A stretch of 64,000 bases of DNA. Origin: Myxococcales bacterium. GTDB lineage: Bacteria > Desulfobacterota > Binatia > HRBIN30. This document shows positions 31,215 through 40,181 of this stretch, piece after piece. The notes beneath the pieces are model-generated. The model ran no database searches and was not told the DNA's origin. It was given only the letters and a program-made list of their open reading frames with translations. The position numbers were made by a program, and so were the translations under genes. Location of the stretch: assembly GCA_037445065.1 (NCBI GenBank), contig JBBILD010000011.1, positions 64,001 to 128,000 on the forward strand. Reading direction: 5' to 3'. The number at the start of each line of letters is the position of its first letter. Positions within the stretch are counted from its first letter, which is position 1.

Positions 31215-32707
31215 TGGGTTCCAACTCGGTACAGATACCCGTCATCCGCCCCCACCCAGATGGTGCCGTCGAAGTCAACCGCGGCGGAGGAACGAATGGC
31301 GGCGCTGGTAAGCTGCAGCGGAGGCCACGCCGGCAAGCCGGTACCGTTGTCGAGGGCGTAGAGGATCCCAGCGGTCGTGCCGAACACCAGGTACCCGTCG
31401 GAGGAGAGCGCTGGCGAAGACAGCACCACCCCCTCGACTGCCTGCTGAACATCGCCGAGCGGGGCATCTCGACCATCACCGCCGCGCACGGCAATGATCC
31501 GCCCATCCTTTGTAACCCCAAACAACACCGACTGCAGTGACGGTGGAGTCGCTGTCGGAGAGGCGGTTGCCGTGGGGCTCGGCGACGCCTGTGGAACCGG
31601 GGTTGTGTCTGGGACTGGGCTCGGGGTGGGGGTTGCGGTCGCAATGGAGAGCGTGACAGTTGGAGTGAGCGTGGGAGTTTCCGTCGGCAATAACTGGGCT
31701 CCGAGAGCGAGCGAGGCAGCAAAACTCGCCTCAGGGAAGACCCGGAGCCAGAGTGTCCCGGAGCCGTCGGGGGCGAGCGCACGGATGGTCCCATCGCTCG
31801 TGTTGGCGTAAAACGCAGTCGTACTCACCACAGGGGCCAGTGCGACCGGTGTATCGGGGTCGGTGCCGGGCCCCACCTTCGAACGCCAGCGCAAGACGCC
31901 GCCTTCGAGCGCGGCGAGAAGATGCCAGTGGCCGTCGCTCGAGGCAACCAGCACGCCGTTGCCGAGGGCCAAAGCGGGAGACGACAAAAAAGGGGTTGGA
32001 TAGGACCCAGACTGGGGGTAGCGCCAGAGTACGTCGCCGGCTGGGCTCACCGCCCACACGATGCCTTGCTCCGTATCGGAGCTCGCCGCGGTTCGCACCG
32101 CAGCGGGGATTATGACTTGCACCGGCCGCCCGGTCACACTGTGGACCACCAGCAAGGGAGGTGCGGAAAACCGCGCCTGCGCCACTTCTCCGTTGCGCGC
32201 TGGGTCGAAACACAACGTACAGGTGGGTCCTTCCGCCCGGTCCTCGACGGCATAGAGGCGACCTTGCTCGCTGCCAAAATACACGACCGTGGGGCCACCC
32301 GGCGGAGCAAAGAGCGTCGGCGAGGAGAGAACTTCTCCGAGCCCCGGGTTCTCGGCCGGGCAAGCCTCGCAGGTCTCCACTCGCCAGCGTACCTCGCCGC
32401 TCGCCGCCGCGGAGAGAAGCGTCCCCGCTCGGGAAGCTACGTAGACCACGCCGTCAATTCCGATGGCAGGCGAAGAAATGACGGGACTGAGAGGCTCGCG
32501 CGCGTCTACCGGGATCGCCAGAGGAGTGGCACGCGCTGCCGCTACGTTTCCAGAACCCTGTCCTGTGTGTGCGCTGTCGTGCCGGAAGCGAGGCCAAGCG
32601 GCTGAGGGGACCGTCGGCAGGCCAGAGTTCCCGGAGTTACATCCCAGCAAGGCAATCGCCAGAAAACCGAAGCAAATCCACGAGTGGCGCGTTGTGCGTA
32701 TTCTCAT
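31211..32707 (-). CDS. PQQ-type beta-propeller lipoprotein with an internal Thr/Pro insert
   Basis: Start MRIRTT at 32707; lipobox LLGC; WPRFRHDSAHTG; SSPAIGIDGVVYV; SSAAVDFDGTIWVGADDGYLY. Confidence 0.85.
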   Translation of the reverse strand: MRIRTTRHSWICFGFLAIALLGCNSGNSGLPTVPSAAWPRFRHDSAHTGQGSGNVAAARATPLAIPVDAREPLSPVISSPAIGIDGVVYVASRAGTLLSAAASGEVRWRVETCEACPAENPGLGEVLSSPTLFAPPGGPTVVYFGSEQGRLYAVEDRAEGPTCTLCFDPARNGEVAQARFSAPPLLVVHSVTGRPVQVIIPAAVRTAASSDTEQGIVWAVSPAGDVLWRYPQSGSYPTPFLSSPALALGNGVLVASSDGHWHLLAALEGGVLRWRSKVGPGTDPDTPVALAPVVSTTAFYANTSDGTIRALAPDGSGTLWLRVFPEASFAASLALGAQLLPTETPTLTPTVTLSIATATPTPSPVPDTTPVPQASPSPTATASPTATPPSLQSVLFGVTKDGRIIAVRGGDGRDAPLGDVQQAVEGVVLSSPALSSDGYLVFGTTAGILYALDNGTGLPAWPPLQLTSAAIRSSAAVDFDGTIWVGADDGYLYRVGTQ

Positions 32708-32724
32708 TTCCGCTGTACCGAACC

Positions 32725-33300
32725 TCACGGGCGCTGGGCAACGAGCCGTGCAAGATAGGCCGGGCCGTTGTCGTCGAGCAAGCCCTCCTCCTCTTCGAGT
32801 ACAAGAAAGTCTTCGAAGTAGCCGCGCAGTTCTCCCCGTTGGAGCAGGTGATTCGGGTTGCGTGGATGCCCGAGTGCCTGCTGATCCATCAAGTACGTTT
32901 CCACCAACACCAACCCTCCGCTGCGAACGGCCTCCTTCATGGCCGGGAACAACGAGCGCTGCAAGTAGCGAATGTTGAGAATGGTGCCGAAGGCGGCGGT
33001 AGGCAGAGAGTATTGTTCCAGGTCGGCTTGAACCACCTCGATGGGTAAGCGTTCTTCTCGTGCCCTTTCGGCGAGCTGGCGGAGCGCGGTGAAGGCAATG
33101 TCCACCACCACGCAGCGCAGTCCCCGCCGCGCCAGAAAGACTGCGTTGCGCCCGTTTCCTCCGGCGACATCGAGCACTGGCGGTTGGATGGCTTCCGCCC
33201 ATCGCACTACGAGTGCCGACGGTGGAGCCGTTTGAGAGGCGGGAGACTGCTCGCGATACCGGCGCTCCCACTTCTCGCGATCTTCTCGCACCTGCTTCAC
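32725..33300 (-). CDS. Class I SAM-dependent methyltransferase (TehB-like)
   Basis: REKWERRY, VLDVAGGNGRNAVFLARRG, YLQRSLF; GTG start overlaps the comF stop. Confidence 0.85.
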   Translation of the reverse strand: MKQVREDREKWERRYREQSPASQTAPPSALVVRWAEAIQPPVLDVAGGNGRNAVFLARRGLRCVVVDIAFTALRQLAERAREERLPIEVVQADLEQYSLPTAAFGTILNIRYLQRSLFPAMKEAVRSGGLVLVETYLMDQQALGHPRNPNHLLQRGELRGYFEDFLVLEEEEGLLDDNGPAYLARLVAQRP

Positions 33301-34028
33301 CCCAGCACGGCACGCGCGAGCACGACCGCGTCCACGGAGGTCGCCCCGGCGCGGCGCAGGGCGGCGCTGCAATGGTGCAGCGTCGCCCCGGTGGTCATCA
33401 CATCGTCGAGCAGCAGGACCCGCTTGCCGGCCACCGTAGCGCGGTACCGGCGCGGTACAGTGAAAGCTCGGCGTACGTTTTGCAGCCTCTGCTTGCGCGT
33501 CAGTTCGGCCTGAGGAGGGGTGGGGCGCAGGCGGCAAAGCGTAAAAGGGGCCAGGGGTGCACGGGGATACGCAACTCGTGCCAGCAACAGGGCCTGGTTG
33601 AAGCCGCGCCAGCGCAGTCTTTGCGGATGGAGGGGAACGGGAACGAGCAAGTCGTAACCGGCTGCGCTCACCTCGATCGTGTGCTGAAGCAAGAGGCCGA
33701 GCGGCTGGGCGAGGCTTGCAAGTCGCCCGTATTTGAAGCGCGAAAGCGCGTGCCCCAAGGGGTTAGCCTGCTCGGGGTGATACAGGAACGCGGCCCGCAC
33801 GCGGGCAAAGGCAGGCGGGCGCCGAGTGCAGCGAGCGCAACGCAGGGACGTCCCGGCGCTCGCGGGCAGCGGCAGGGCGCAAATGCTGCAGATTGGCGGC
33901 CTAGCCACGCGGGTCTGCTGTGCGCAGGCCGAACAGAGGGGAAGCGAATTGGGCAGGAGCACACCACAGGCGCAGCACACCGGCGGGTAGACAAAATCGA
34001 GCATCCTCTCCCACACTGCACCGAGCAT
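33297..34028 (-). CDS. comF: ComF family protein (double Zn-ribbon + phosphoribosyltransferase domain)
   Basis: Four CxxC pairs, VPVPLH..R..WRGFNQA, VLLLDDVMTTGATL. Confidence 0.93.
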   Translation of the reverse strand: MLGAVWERMLDFVYPPVCCACGVLLPNSLPLCSACAQQTRVARPPICSICALPLPASAGTSLRCARCTRRPPAFARVRAAFLYHPEQANPLGHALSRFKYGRLASLAQPLGLLLQHTIEVSAAGYDLLVPVPLHPQRLRWRGFNQALLLARVAYPRAPLAPFTLCRLRPTPPQAELTRKQRLQNVRRAFTVPRRYRATVAGKRVLLLDDVMTTGATLHHCSAALRRAGATSVDAVVLARAVLG

Positions 34029-34604
34029 GTCGGAAGCCTACTCAGCTTGTGCGAATCCGACAATCGCCCCCGCGGTCGGCCATAGGGGACGGGTGAGGCG
34101 CCAGCGAGACCGCACCGTTGTTTGCTACGGATCGGAGGGCCCGTTGTGTGTCGTGCTGTGCACGAAAAACCGGTATGGTTGTGCGTGAGGTTGCCCTGCA
34201 CGTGCCATGCGTGCGTGTGGAATGCGGCGGAGCGGGTTCGCTGCGGACGATTTGCGCGGATCCACACGGTTTTCAATCGCTCCGGCGTCACGAAATTCGT
34301 TGCGGAAAAGAAAAGCCGCGTTGCTCACGCGCAACCGAAGAATGCTGCGGCGCGCGGTCGTGGCTGGGCCGGCGCAGAAACGTGCAGCCACGCCGTGGCC
34401 CTTGGGGGCGGCTTGCCCGGTTGTGCGGATGCGCTCGAGAGGGCACCCGCGGGAGTCCGAAGGACAGCTCGGCGCAGCTCTCCCGAGCGACGTCGTTCCT
34501 TGCGCGTTCCCTGTTGGAGTCGGAGGTTCGAGAGCCAGTCTGTAGTCGGGATCCCGTGCTTACGGAAGCGGGCAAAGATGCCGCGCTCGCGTGTCTCCTG
34601 AAAG

Positions 34605-34625
34605 ACGCAGGCAGGTTGCCTGCGT
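34605..34625 (-). terminator. Hairpin at the stop of the spermidine-synthase-like gene
   Basis: ACGCAGGCA-ggt-TGCCTGCGT, perfect 9-bp stem with only a short T tail. Confidence 0.5.
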
Positions 34626-37600
34626 TAGGGTTCGCCGAGCGCCTTCAGTTCTTCCCGAGCCAGGGTGTAATCTGGGGCGAACAGAAACGCGGTGCGGAGT
34701 CGCTGCGCTGCTCCTTGCCGGTCTCCGATCAAGGTCAGTCGCCGGGCTTGTTGGTGCAGTTCGAGCACAACGTTGCGCTTGGCTTGTTCGGCGTTGCGCC
34801 GCGCCATTCCGCCGCGAGCGCGGTCGCCGAGCTTTTCGTATAGATCCGCCAGCGTTTCCCATTCTTGAGGGGAATCGGGATACCATTCCAGGTAGTCCCA
34901 CAAAAGACGCTCTGCGCTGGCGAGGTCACCGGACTGGTGCGCCGCCTGCGCCGCTTTGACTTTGAGTTCGTGGTTGCGCAACGCGTACGGAGAGGCAAGC
35001 AAGCGCTGGGCTTCGCCCCATGCTTGTTGGAAGCGTCCGAGCCCGAGCAGCGCCTCGAAGCGGATCCGTTGTGCCGGGAGATCGCCGGGCCAGGAAGCCA
35101 GCACCGTGTTGGCTGCATCGAGGGCCTGCGAAAAGTTCATTTGTTCGAGTTCCCACTCGGCAAGGGAGAGGGAAATCACGCGCGAGCGGGGCAAGAGTGT
35201 GCCGAGCATACGGAGTTGAGGAAGGAGGCGCGCGCGTGCCTCGCCTGGTTCTTTCGCCGTTGTCGCTTCCAGTGCCAGGGCGAGCGCTTCGTTCTCTGGT
35301 GCCTTTCCACTCGCTCGGGCCAGCTCGAGGAGCTGCCGGGCGATGGCGAGTTCGTTCTGTTGGAGATATGCGAGGCCCAGAGTCGCAAGCCTCGCCGGCT
35401 CGTCGCCGGTAAACGCGTTGCGCCAGAAGTTCACAATCTCCTCGGCCAGCGGGCGCAAAACCGCCCAGTTGTGGCCTAGCGCGCCAGTGTCGTAGAGGCT
35501 CCAAGGGGTGGAGAGTTCGACGAACATGTTGTCGTCGCTGTTGGGAACAGGCGCGCGTCTTGCCAGTGCTGCGGTTGCGTGGGGGCTCAAACGAAGCAAG
35601 CTCCAGAGGTCCGCGGTCGCGTGCACGCCGATGCGCTGCAGGTCCGCAGCGACGCTCGCAGGCTGCTCCTCGAAATTCGGCAGGCCTGCCGCAGTCAGCG
35701 GCTCCAGGCTCGACAAGAACAGCAAGTCGGGCGACCCAGGTTCGGTGTAGAATCCGTAAACGTAGGGAAACTCAACCTGCAATGCTCGTAAGATCGCCGC
35801 CACGGCTTCGGGCTGGATGCTATAGACCTGCACCCATTGGAGGAGCTTGCCTTGCGGGCTCAGGGCTTCGCGAGCTGAGCGGAAAAACTCGGCTGTGAAC
35901 AAATTGGCGGCCCCACTCATCCATGGGTTGGACGGTTCGGACACAATGAGGTCGTAGCTTCCTTTACGGGCGGCCAAGAACGAGCGAGCATCGTCGAGCA
36001 CCAGTCTCACGTTGGGCTGCTCCAAGGGGCGGTGATTCAGCGAGTCGAAAAAGTGCGATGCGGGCACCATGGCCGGTTCGATTTCGATCACGTCCACCTG
36101 CACATTGGGGTGCAATGCCAAGCTTCCTGCAGTGACCCCTGAGGCAAGCCCAATCACTGCCGCGCGCGTGGGCTTGCTCCCGAACAGGACACCAATGTGG
36201 CCTAGCAGCACCTGAGTCGGTAGGTCTCCGTGTGCGCTGGCGTCTGCTTTCCCGTCGACGCGTAACCCGAGTTCTCCGAGAACGCGGTGAACGGAGACGA
36301 GGCTATTCCACCCCTCACGGTAGAAGAGGAGTTCCGATCGTTTTGTGCCTTCTAGGGGCTGGGGCCCAACCCCGACATCGATCTCGTCGAGAGGGAAGCG
36401 GAACACGCCACGAGCAAGGTTCTGCGGATCCCAGGGCCACGGGATCGCCCACACCGCAACGGCAATGGCCAGCGCTATGCTCGAAAGAGCGCGGCGGAAA
36501 CGGAGGTCTGTGTCCAGGCACCAGCGGGTTATGAGCCCACTGGCAAGCGCGTTCATGGTGGCCAGCGCTAGGATCGTGCGCTGCAGCCCAATTGCAGGAA
36601 TTGCCCAAAAGCCGGTAACGAAGGCGCCCAAAGCCGAACCGAGCGTGTTGGTGAAATACAGCAGCCCCGTGGCTGCCGGGGCTGTCAGATGGCTGCTGAG
36701 GGCACGGACGAGTAGCGGAAACAAAGTGCCCAAGACGACCGTCAGGGCGAGCATGATCAGCATGGAGGCGGTCAGGACGCTCGCCACCACGCCGCTCGGG
36801 GAAAAGCCAAAGAACACGAAAATCCACGGCTGAAGATCCGGAAGGCGGTGCAACAACTGGCTGCTCGTAAGTCCAAAGATTGCCAGCGCTAGGAGCCCGG
36901 TTGCAAACGTTCGCAACGGGTTGACGAGCCGGTCGGCAAGACGGCGAATGAGAAGCGAACCGGCCGCGATCCCGAGCAAGAAGGCGGCGAGCATGGTGCC
37001 GAATGCGTAGGTGGAAGAGCCGACCGTCGGCGCAAGCGAGCGAGTCCAGGCAACTTCGTACGCGAGAGCGCAAAAGCCCACGCTCCCGTAGACTGTTGCG
37101 ACAAGCCAGGCCGGCACGGGCTTGGAAGGTTTGGTAGTGCGTGCGTTCCTGGGCGCCGCCGGCGAGGCGCCCACAGCCGGCGAAGGTTCTCCGGTGCGCT
37201 TCGCGCAGTACAACACGGCCAATGCGGCGATGGCCAGGTCGGTGGTGGCCGCGAGCAGGTTCGTGCGGGTCAACCCGAGAGAAGGAAACAGCACAAAGGT
37301 TGCAGCGAGGACTCCGGCGACGGCGCCTAAGGTATTGCTTCCGTACAGCAGTCCCACGCCTCGACCCACGCCATGCCCGCTTGCTCCGAGCACAGTGGCG
37401 ACCAGCACGGGTAACGTTGCGCCCATCAGCACGGTGGGCGGGGTGAGGAGAACCACCGCGAGTGCGAAGCGCGCCAGCGTCGCAGACCAGAAATCCCAGT
37501 CTGCAAACCACGCTTGCTGTGCAAGCGGCGCCAGAGAAAAAACTTTGGGTACGAGGAGCGCATACACGCCGACCCCAGCTTCCAGCAGTCCGTAGAGGAG

Positions 37601-37891
37601 CCAGCCGTTGCGGCCGCGGCGCGCCAACGAGCCTCCCCACAGGCCCCCGAGGCCGAGGCCCAGCATGTAGGCGACCAGGACCGTGCTCACGGCCCAGGTT
37701 GTGGATCCAAAGGCAAGCCGCAGCCAACGGGTCCAAGTGACTTCCAACGCAAGGCTCGCCGCACCGGACAAGAAGAGCAGCGCCGCGGCCCAACGAACCC
37801 GTGTTTCAGAGCTGAATTGCGCGGGCAGGGCCGGCCGCACTACTACTCCAACCGGCGTTGCGAGTCGTGGCTTGGGCCTCCGCCAACTCAT
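34625..37891 (-). CDS. Fused MFS-like membrane / spermidine-synthase-like domain protein with a C-terminal TPR-like region
   Basis: LFLSGAASLALEVTWTR, LMGATLP, LYGSNTLGA (duplicated TM halves); VIGLASGVT, IEIEP, DDARSFL, YDLIVSEPSNPW; helical C-terminus. Confidence 0.88.
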   Translation of the reverse strand: MSWRRPKPRLATPVGVVVRPALPAQFSSETRVRWAAALLFLSGAASLALEVTWTRWLRLAFGSTTWAVSTVLVAYMLGLGLGGLWGGSLARRGRNGWLLYGLLEAGVGVYALLVPKVFSLAPLAQQAWFADWDFWSATLARFALAVVLLTPPTVLMGATLPVLVATVLGASGHGVGRGVGLLYGSNTLGAVAGVLAATFVLFPSLGLTRTNLLAATTDLAIAALAVLYCAKRTGEPSPAVGASPAAPRNARTTKPSKPVPAWLVATVYGSVGFCALAYEVAWTRSLAPTVGSSTYAFGTMLAAFLLGIAAGSLLIRRLADRLVNPLRTFATGLLALAIFGLTSSQLLHRLPDLQPWIFVFFGFSPSGVVASVLTASMLIMLALTVVLGTLFPLLVRALSSHLTAPAATGLLYFTNTLGSALGAFVTGFWAIPAIGLQRTILALATMNALASGLITRWCLDTDLRFRRALSSIALAIAVAVWAIPWPWDPQNLARGVFRFPLDEIDVGVGPQPLEGTKRSELLFYREGWNSLVSVHRVLGELGLRVDGKADASAHGDLPTQVLLGHIGVLFGSKPTRAAVIGLASGVTAGSLALHPNVQVDVIEIEPAMVPASHFFDSLNHRPLEQPNVRLVLDDARSFLAARKGSYDLIVSEPSNPWMSGAANLFTAEFFRSAREALSPQGKLLQWVQVYSIQPEAVAAILRALQVEFPYVYGFYTEPGSPDLLFLSSLEPLTAAGLPNFEEQPASVAADLQRIGVHATADLWSLLRLSPHATAALARRAPVPNSDDNMFVELSTPWSLYDTGALGHNWAVLRPLAEEIVNFWRNAFTGDEPARLATLGLAYLQQNELAIARQLLELARASGKAPENEALALALEATTAKEPGEARARLLPQLRMLGTLLPRSRVISLSLAEWELEQMNFSQALDAANTVLASWPGDLPAQRIRFEALLGLGRFQQAWGEAQRLLASPYALRNHELKVKAAQAAHQSGDLASAERLLWDYLEWYPDSPQEWETLADLYEKLGDRARGGMARRNAEQAKRNVVLELHQQARRLTLIGDRQGAAQRLRTAFLFAPDYTLAREELKALGEP

Positions 37892-38007
37892 CGGGCGTCA
37901 GTGTATGGCCGCGCGGCCAAGAAAAGTCCACGCTGGTGCGCGCTCGAGACGCACATCTGGCTGCGGAGACGCCTTCGCAGCGCGAGCTGCTCTCCGAAAG
38001 AACCGGA

Positions 38008-39537
38008 TTACTGGCAGGCGAGCTTGAGGCTAATCACGACATCCCCGAGGTCTTGCCCCACTCCGGGGAGAGGCGTGGTAGCCACCAAGTGCAATCCCCC
38101 TAGCTGGCCACTGTTGAAATTGGCGCAACTTCCCGAAAGCGGCGCACCGGAAAGCGTGGGCCCGGCGAGGGTCGCCAAGCTAGGCGCCGGACTCGAACAA
38201 GTCTGACCGCTGGGGCAATTCGCATCCTCGATGCAGGAGCCGCTGCCCGAGCAGCCACCAGGAGTACTGATTGCGTCCTGCAATGACGCCGAGGCGGTGC
38301 CAGTCGTGAGCGGAACGAGCAGTGCTTGGGAAGAGGCGAGCCCAGCAGAGTCATCGCCAGTGCAAGGCTGTCCGTCCGCTCCCTCTCCGCCGCTAGTCAC
38401 CACCGTGATGCGCAGTATAGCGAGCGCGACACAATCGCCCGCCCCCGTGGCGTCGGACCAAGCTTCCCGCAAGGCAGCGATGGTGGTACCCGGAAAGTCG
38501 GTATCACCCCCGCCTGTGCCTGACACGGGAGAGCCAGGGCAAGCATCGCCGTTGCTGGCGAGGCGGTCTTGGCACAGGGACACATCGCGCGGCAAGTTGG
38601 TGAAGGGCGACGAGCAGGCACAAAAGCCAGCGACGCGCACGAGTTCCGCGCACAGGGTCTTTCCTCCCACAGTGACAGGTGGCAGGGAGCGGCTCGCCTC
38701 ACCGGCCAACAAAACGCCTTCGCCGAGGTTGCCGAATGGGTACCCGAGACCCTGCAGCGTACAAAAGCCCAGCCCCGCTGCGGCAGGAACGGAGGCTGCC
38801 GGCGCACTGCCCGGGCGGTCAACCCGCAATCCAACATCGCTCGCACTGGTATCTATGGCGCAGGCGGCTTGGTGGCAATGCGAACTGAGGCGGCACAAGT
38901 CGGGCCGGCAACCGAGGTCGGTCAGCGGATTGCACGACGGCGAAAGTGTGCAGTTGGTGGCCGCCGTGCTCACACTGGTTCCCGGCGGTTTGCTCGGGGC
39001 ACTCAAGGCTTCCCCCAACGCTGTCAAGAAGTCCCCTTGCATGGCAAGTTGCCCCCGGAGCGCGCGCTCGAAGGCGGTCGCGACTAACCAAACCTTGGCG
39101 AAATCCCAGTCATGGACTCCCGGTGCGAGCGACCCGCCGGGCAAAAAACCAAGCTGGCGCAAATCGCTGGCGGTACACTTCGGAGTCGGGGTTCCGGTGA
39201 ACGCATTCTGTAAGGCAACGAAGAACTTGTCTCGCTCACTCTTTCCGCCGAGCACCTGGGGCAGGTCGAAGATACGATTGAGGTCTTTTTGGCAGCGGTG
39301 TGCGGCGAGGACGAGAAAGCCCGTGCCGGGCTTGGTCAGGTTCTTGACCTGCTCGCGGCGGATGGCATCAGCACACTTTTTGAGTGCGCTGGCGACTTTT
39401 GATTGAAAGAGGGCCGTACGTTTTTCGATTTCGAGCTGGCACTTGTCGATGGCAGCGTGCGCTGCCACGGGCAGGCCAAGGAACACGATGCAAAGGGCGA
39501 GGCAGAAACATTTTGGTCTCAATCGGCTTCGGCTCAT
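38008..39537 (-). CDS. Secreted cysteine-rich hypothetical protein
   Basis: Signal peptide ending AHA; more than 20 Cys; ATG at 39537. Confidence 0.75.
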   Translation of the reverse strand: MSRSRLRPKCFCLALCIVFLGLPVAAHAAIDKCQLEIEKRTALFQSKVASALKKCADAIRREQVKNLTKPGTGFLVLAAHRCQKDLNRIFDLPQVLGGKSERDKFFVALQNAFTGTPTPKCTASDLRQLGFLPGGSLAPGVHDWDFAKVWLVATAFERALRGQLAMQGDFLTALGEALSAPSKPPGTSVSTAATNCTLSPSCNPLTDLGCRPDLCRLSSHCHQAACAIDTSASDVGLRVDRPGSAPAASVPAAAGLGFCTLQGLGYPFGNLGEGVLLAGEASRSLPPVTVGGKTLCAELVRVAGFCACSSPFTNLPRDVSLCQDRLASNGDACPGSPVSGTGGGDTDFPGTTIAALREAWSDATGAGDCVALAILRITVVTSGGEGADGQPCTGDDSAGLASSQALLVPLTTGTASASLQDAISTPGGCSGSGSCIEDANCPSGQTCSSPAPSLATLAGPTLSGAPLSGSCANFNSGQLGGLHLVATTPLPGVGQDLGDVVISLKLACQ

Positions 39538-39700
39538 GCGCGGTCTCTCCCGGCGCGGTTTGTCCACAGAATTTTTGGAACCGGACGTCACCTTGCCTGA
39601 GGCGATCGCAGGATGTCAAGCGTGATTCGGAGCCTCGCGGAACCCATACACCCGGGAGCGCTGGGATTGGGGAGTGGTCCGGGAAGTAGGATCGCGCGGC

Positions 39701-40177
39701 TCAACTACCGAGCGCGATCTCCTCGACAAGTTCGAACGGCCGGTCCACGAATTGCAGATCTGCCACCTCGCCGGAGGCCCGCACCGTCGTCCGCCCCGCC
39801 CCTTTGGTGGCAATGGAGAACGTACAGGTGATCACCTCGCTATCGGCAGGCATCGGGTCCAACGAACCGGCGAGAACGGTGCGCACTCGCCCTGGTTCGG
39901 GCTCGAGGAAATGCAATTGTTTACCCGCTCGCGCCCCGTCGCTCGCACAAGTTTTGAGACGCAGCACCTGCGTGTCGTAACGGATCTCGCCGATCAGGGT
40001 GACAATATCCCCGCCGCGGTTCAGTGCGCGTAAACTCACGCGCGCCTCGTCGCTGCCCGTGCGTTCACCGAACAAGCGCAGGTCTGCGTTGCGCGCGGGG
40101 TCCGGTCGGCCGAACTGCCACCACCAAGCTAGGCCCACGACGATTCCTACGGGAACGATCCAAAGCCAGCGCCGCAT
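39701..40177 (-). CDS. Membrane-anchored single cohesin-like domain protein
   Basis: N-terminal TM (WLWIVPVGIVVGLAWWW), then IRYDTQVLRLKTC...GRVRTVLAGSLDP...VITCTFSI, homologous to the repeats of the upstream gene; 4-bp gap. Confidence 0.75.
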   Translation of the reverse strand: MRRWLWIVPVGIVVGLAWWWQFGRPDPARNADLRLFGERTGSDEARVSLRALNRGGDIVTLIGEIRYDTQVLRLKTCASDGARAGKQLHFLEPEPGRVRTVLAGSLDPMPADSEVITCTFSIATKGAGRTTVRASGEVADLQFVDRPFELVEEIALGS

Positions 40178-40181
40178 GACC

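Noticed and set aside
32708..33313. N-terminal 200 aa of the 700-aa ORF 31211..33313
   Set aside because: Overlaps the methyltransferase in another frame. The real start is the lipoprotein signal at 32707, so this is not a fusion.
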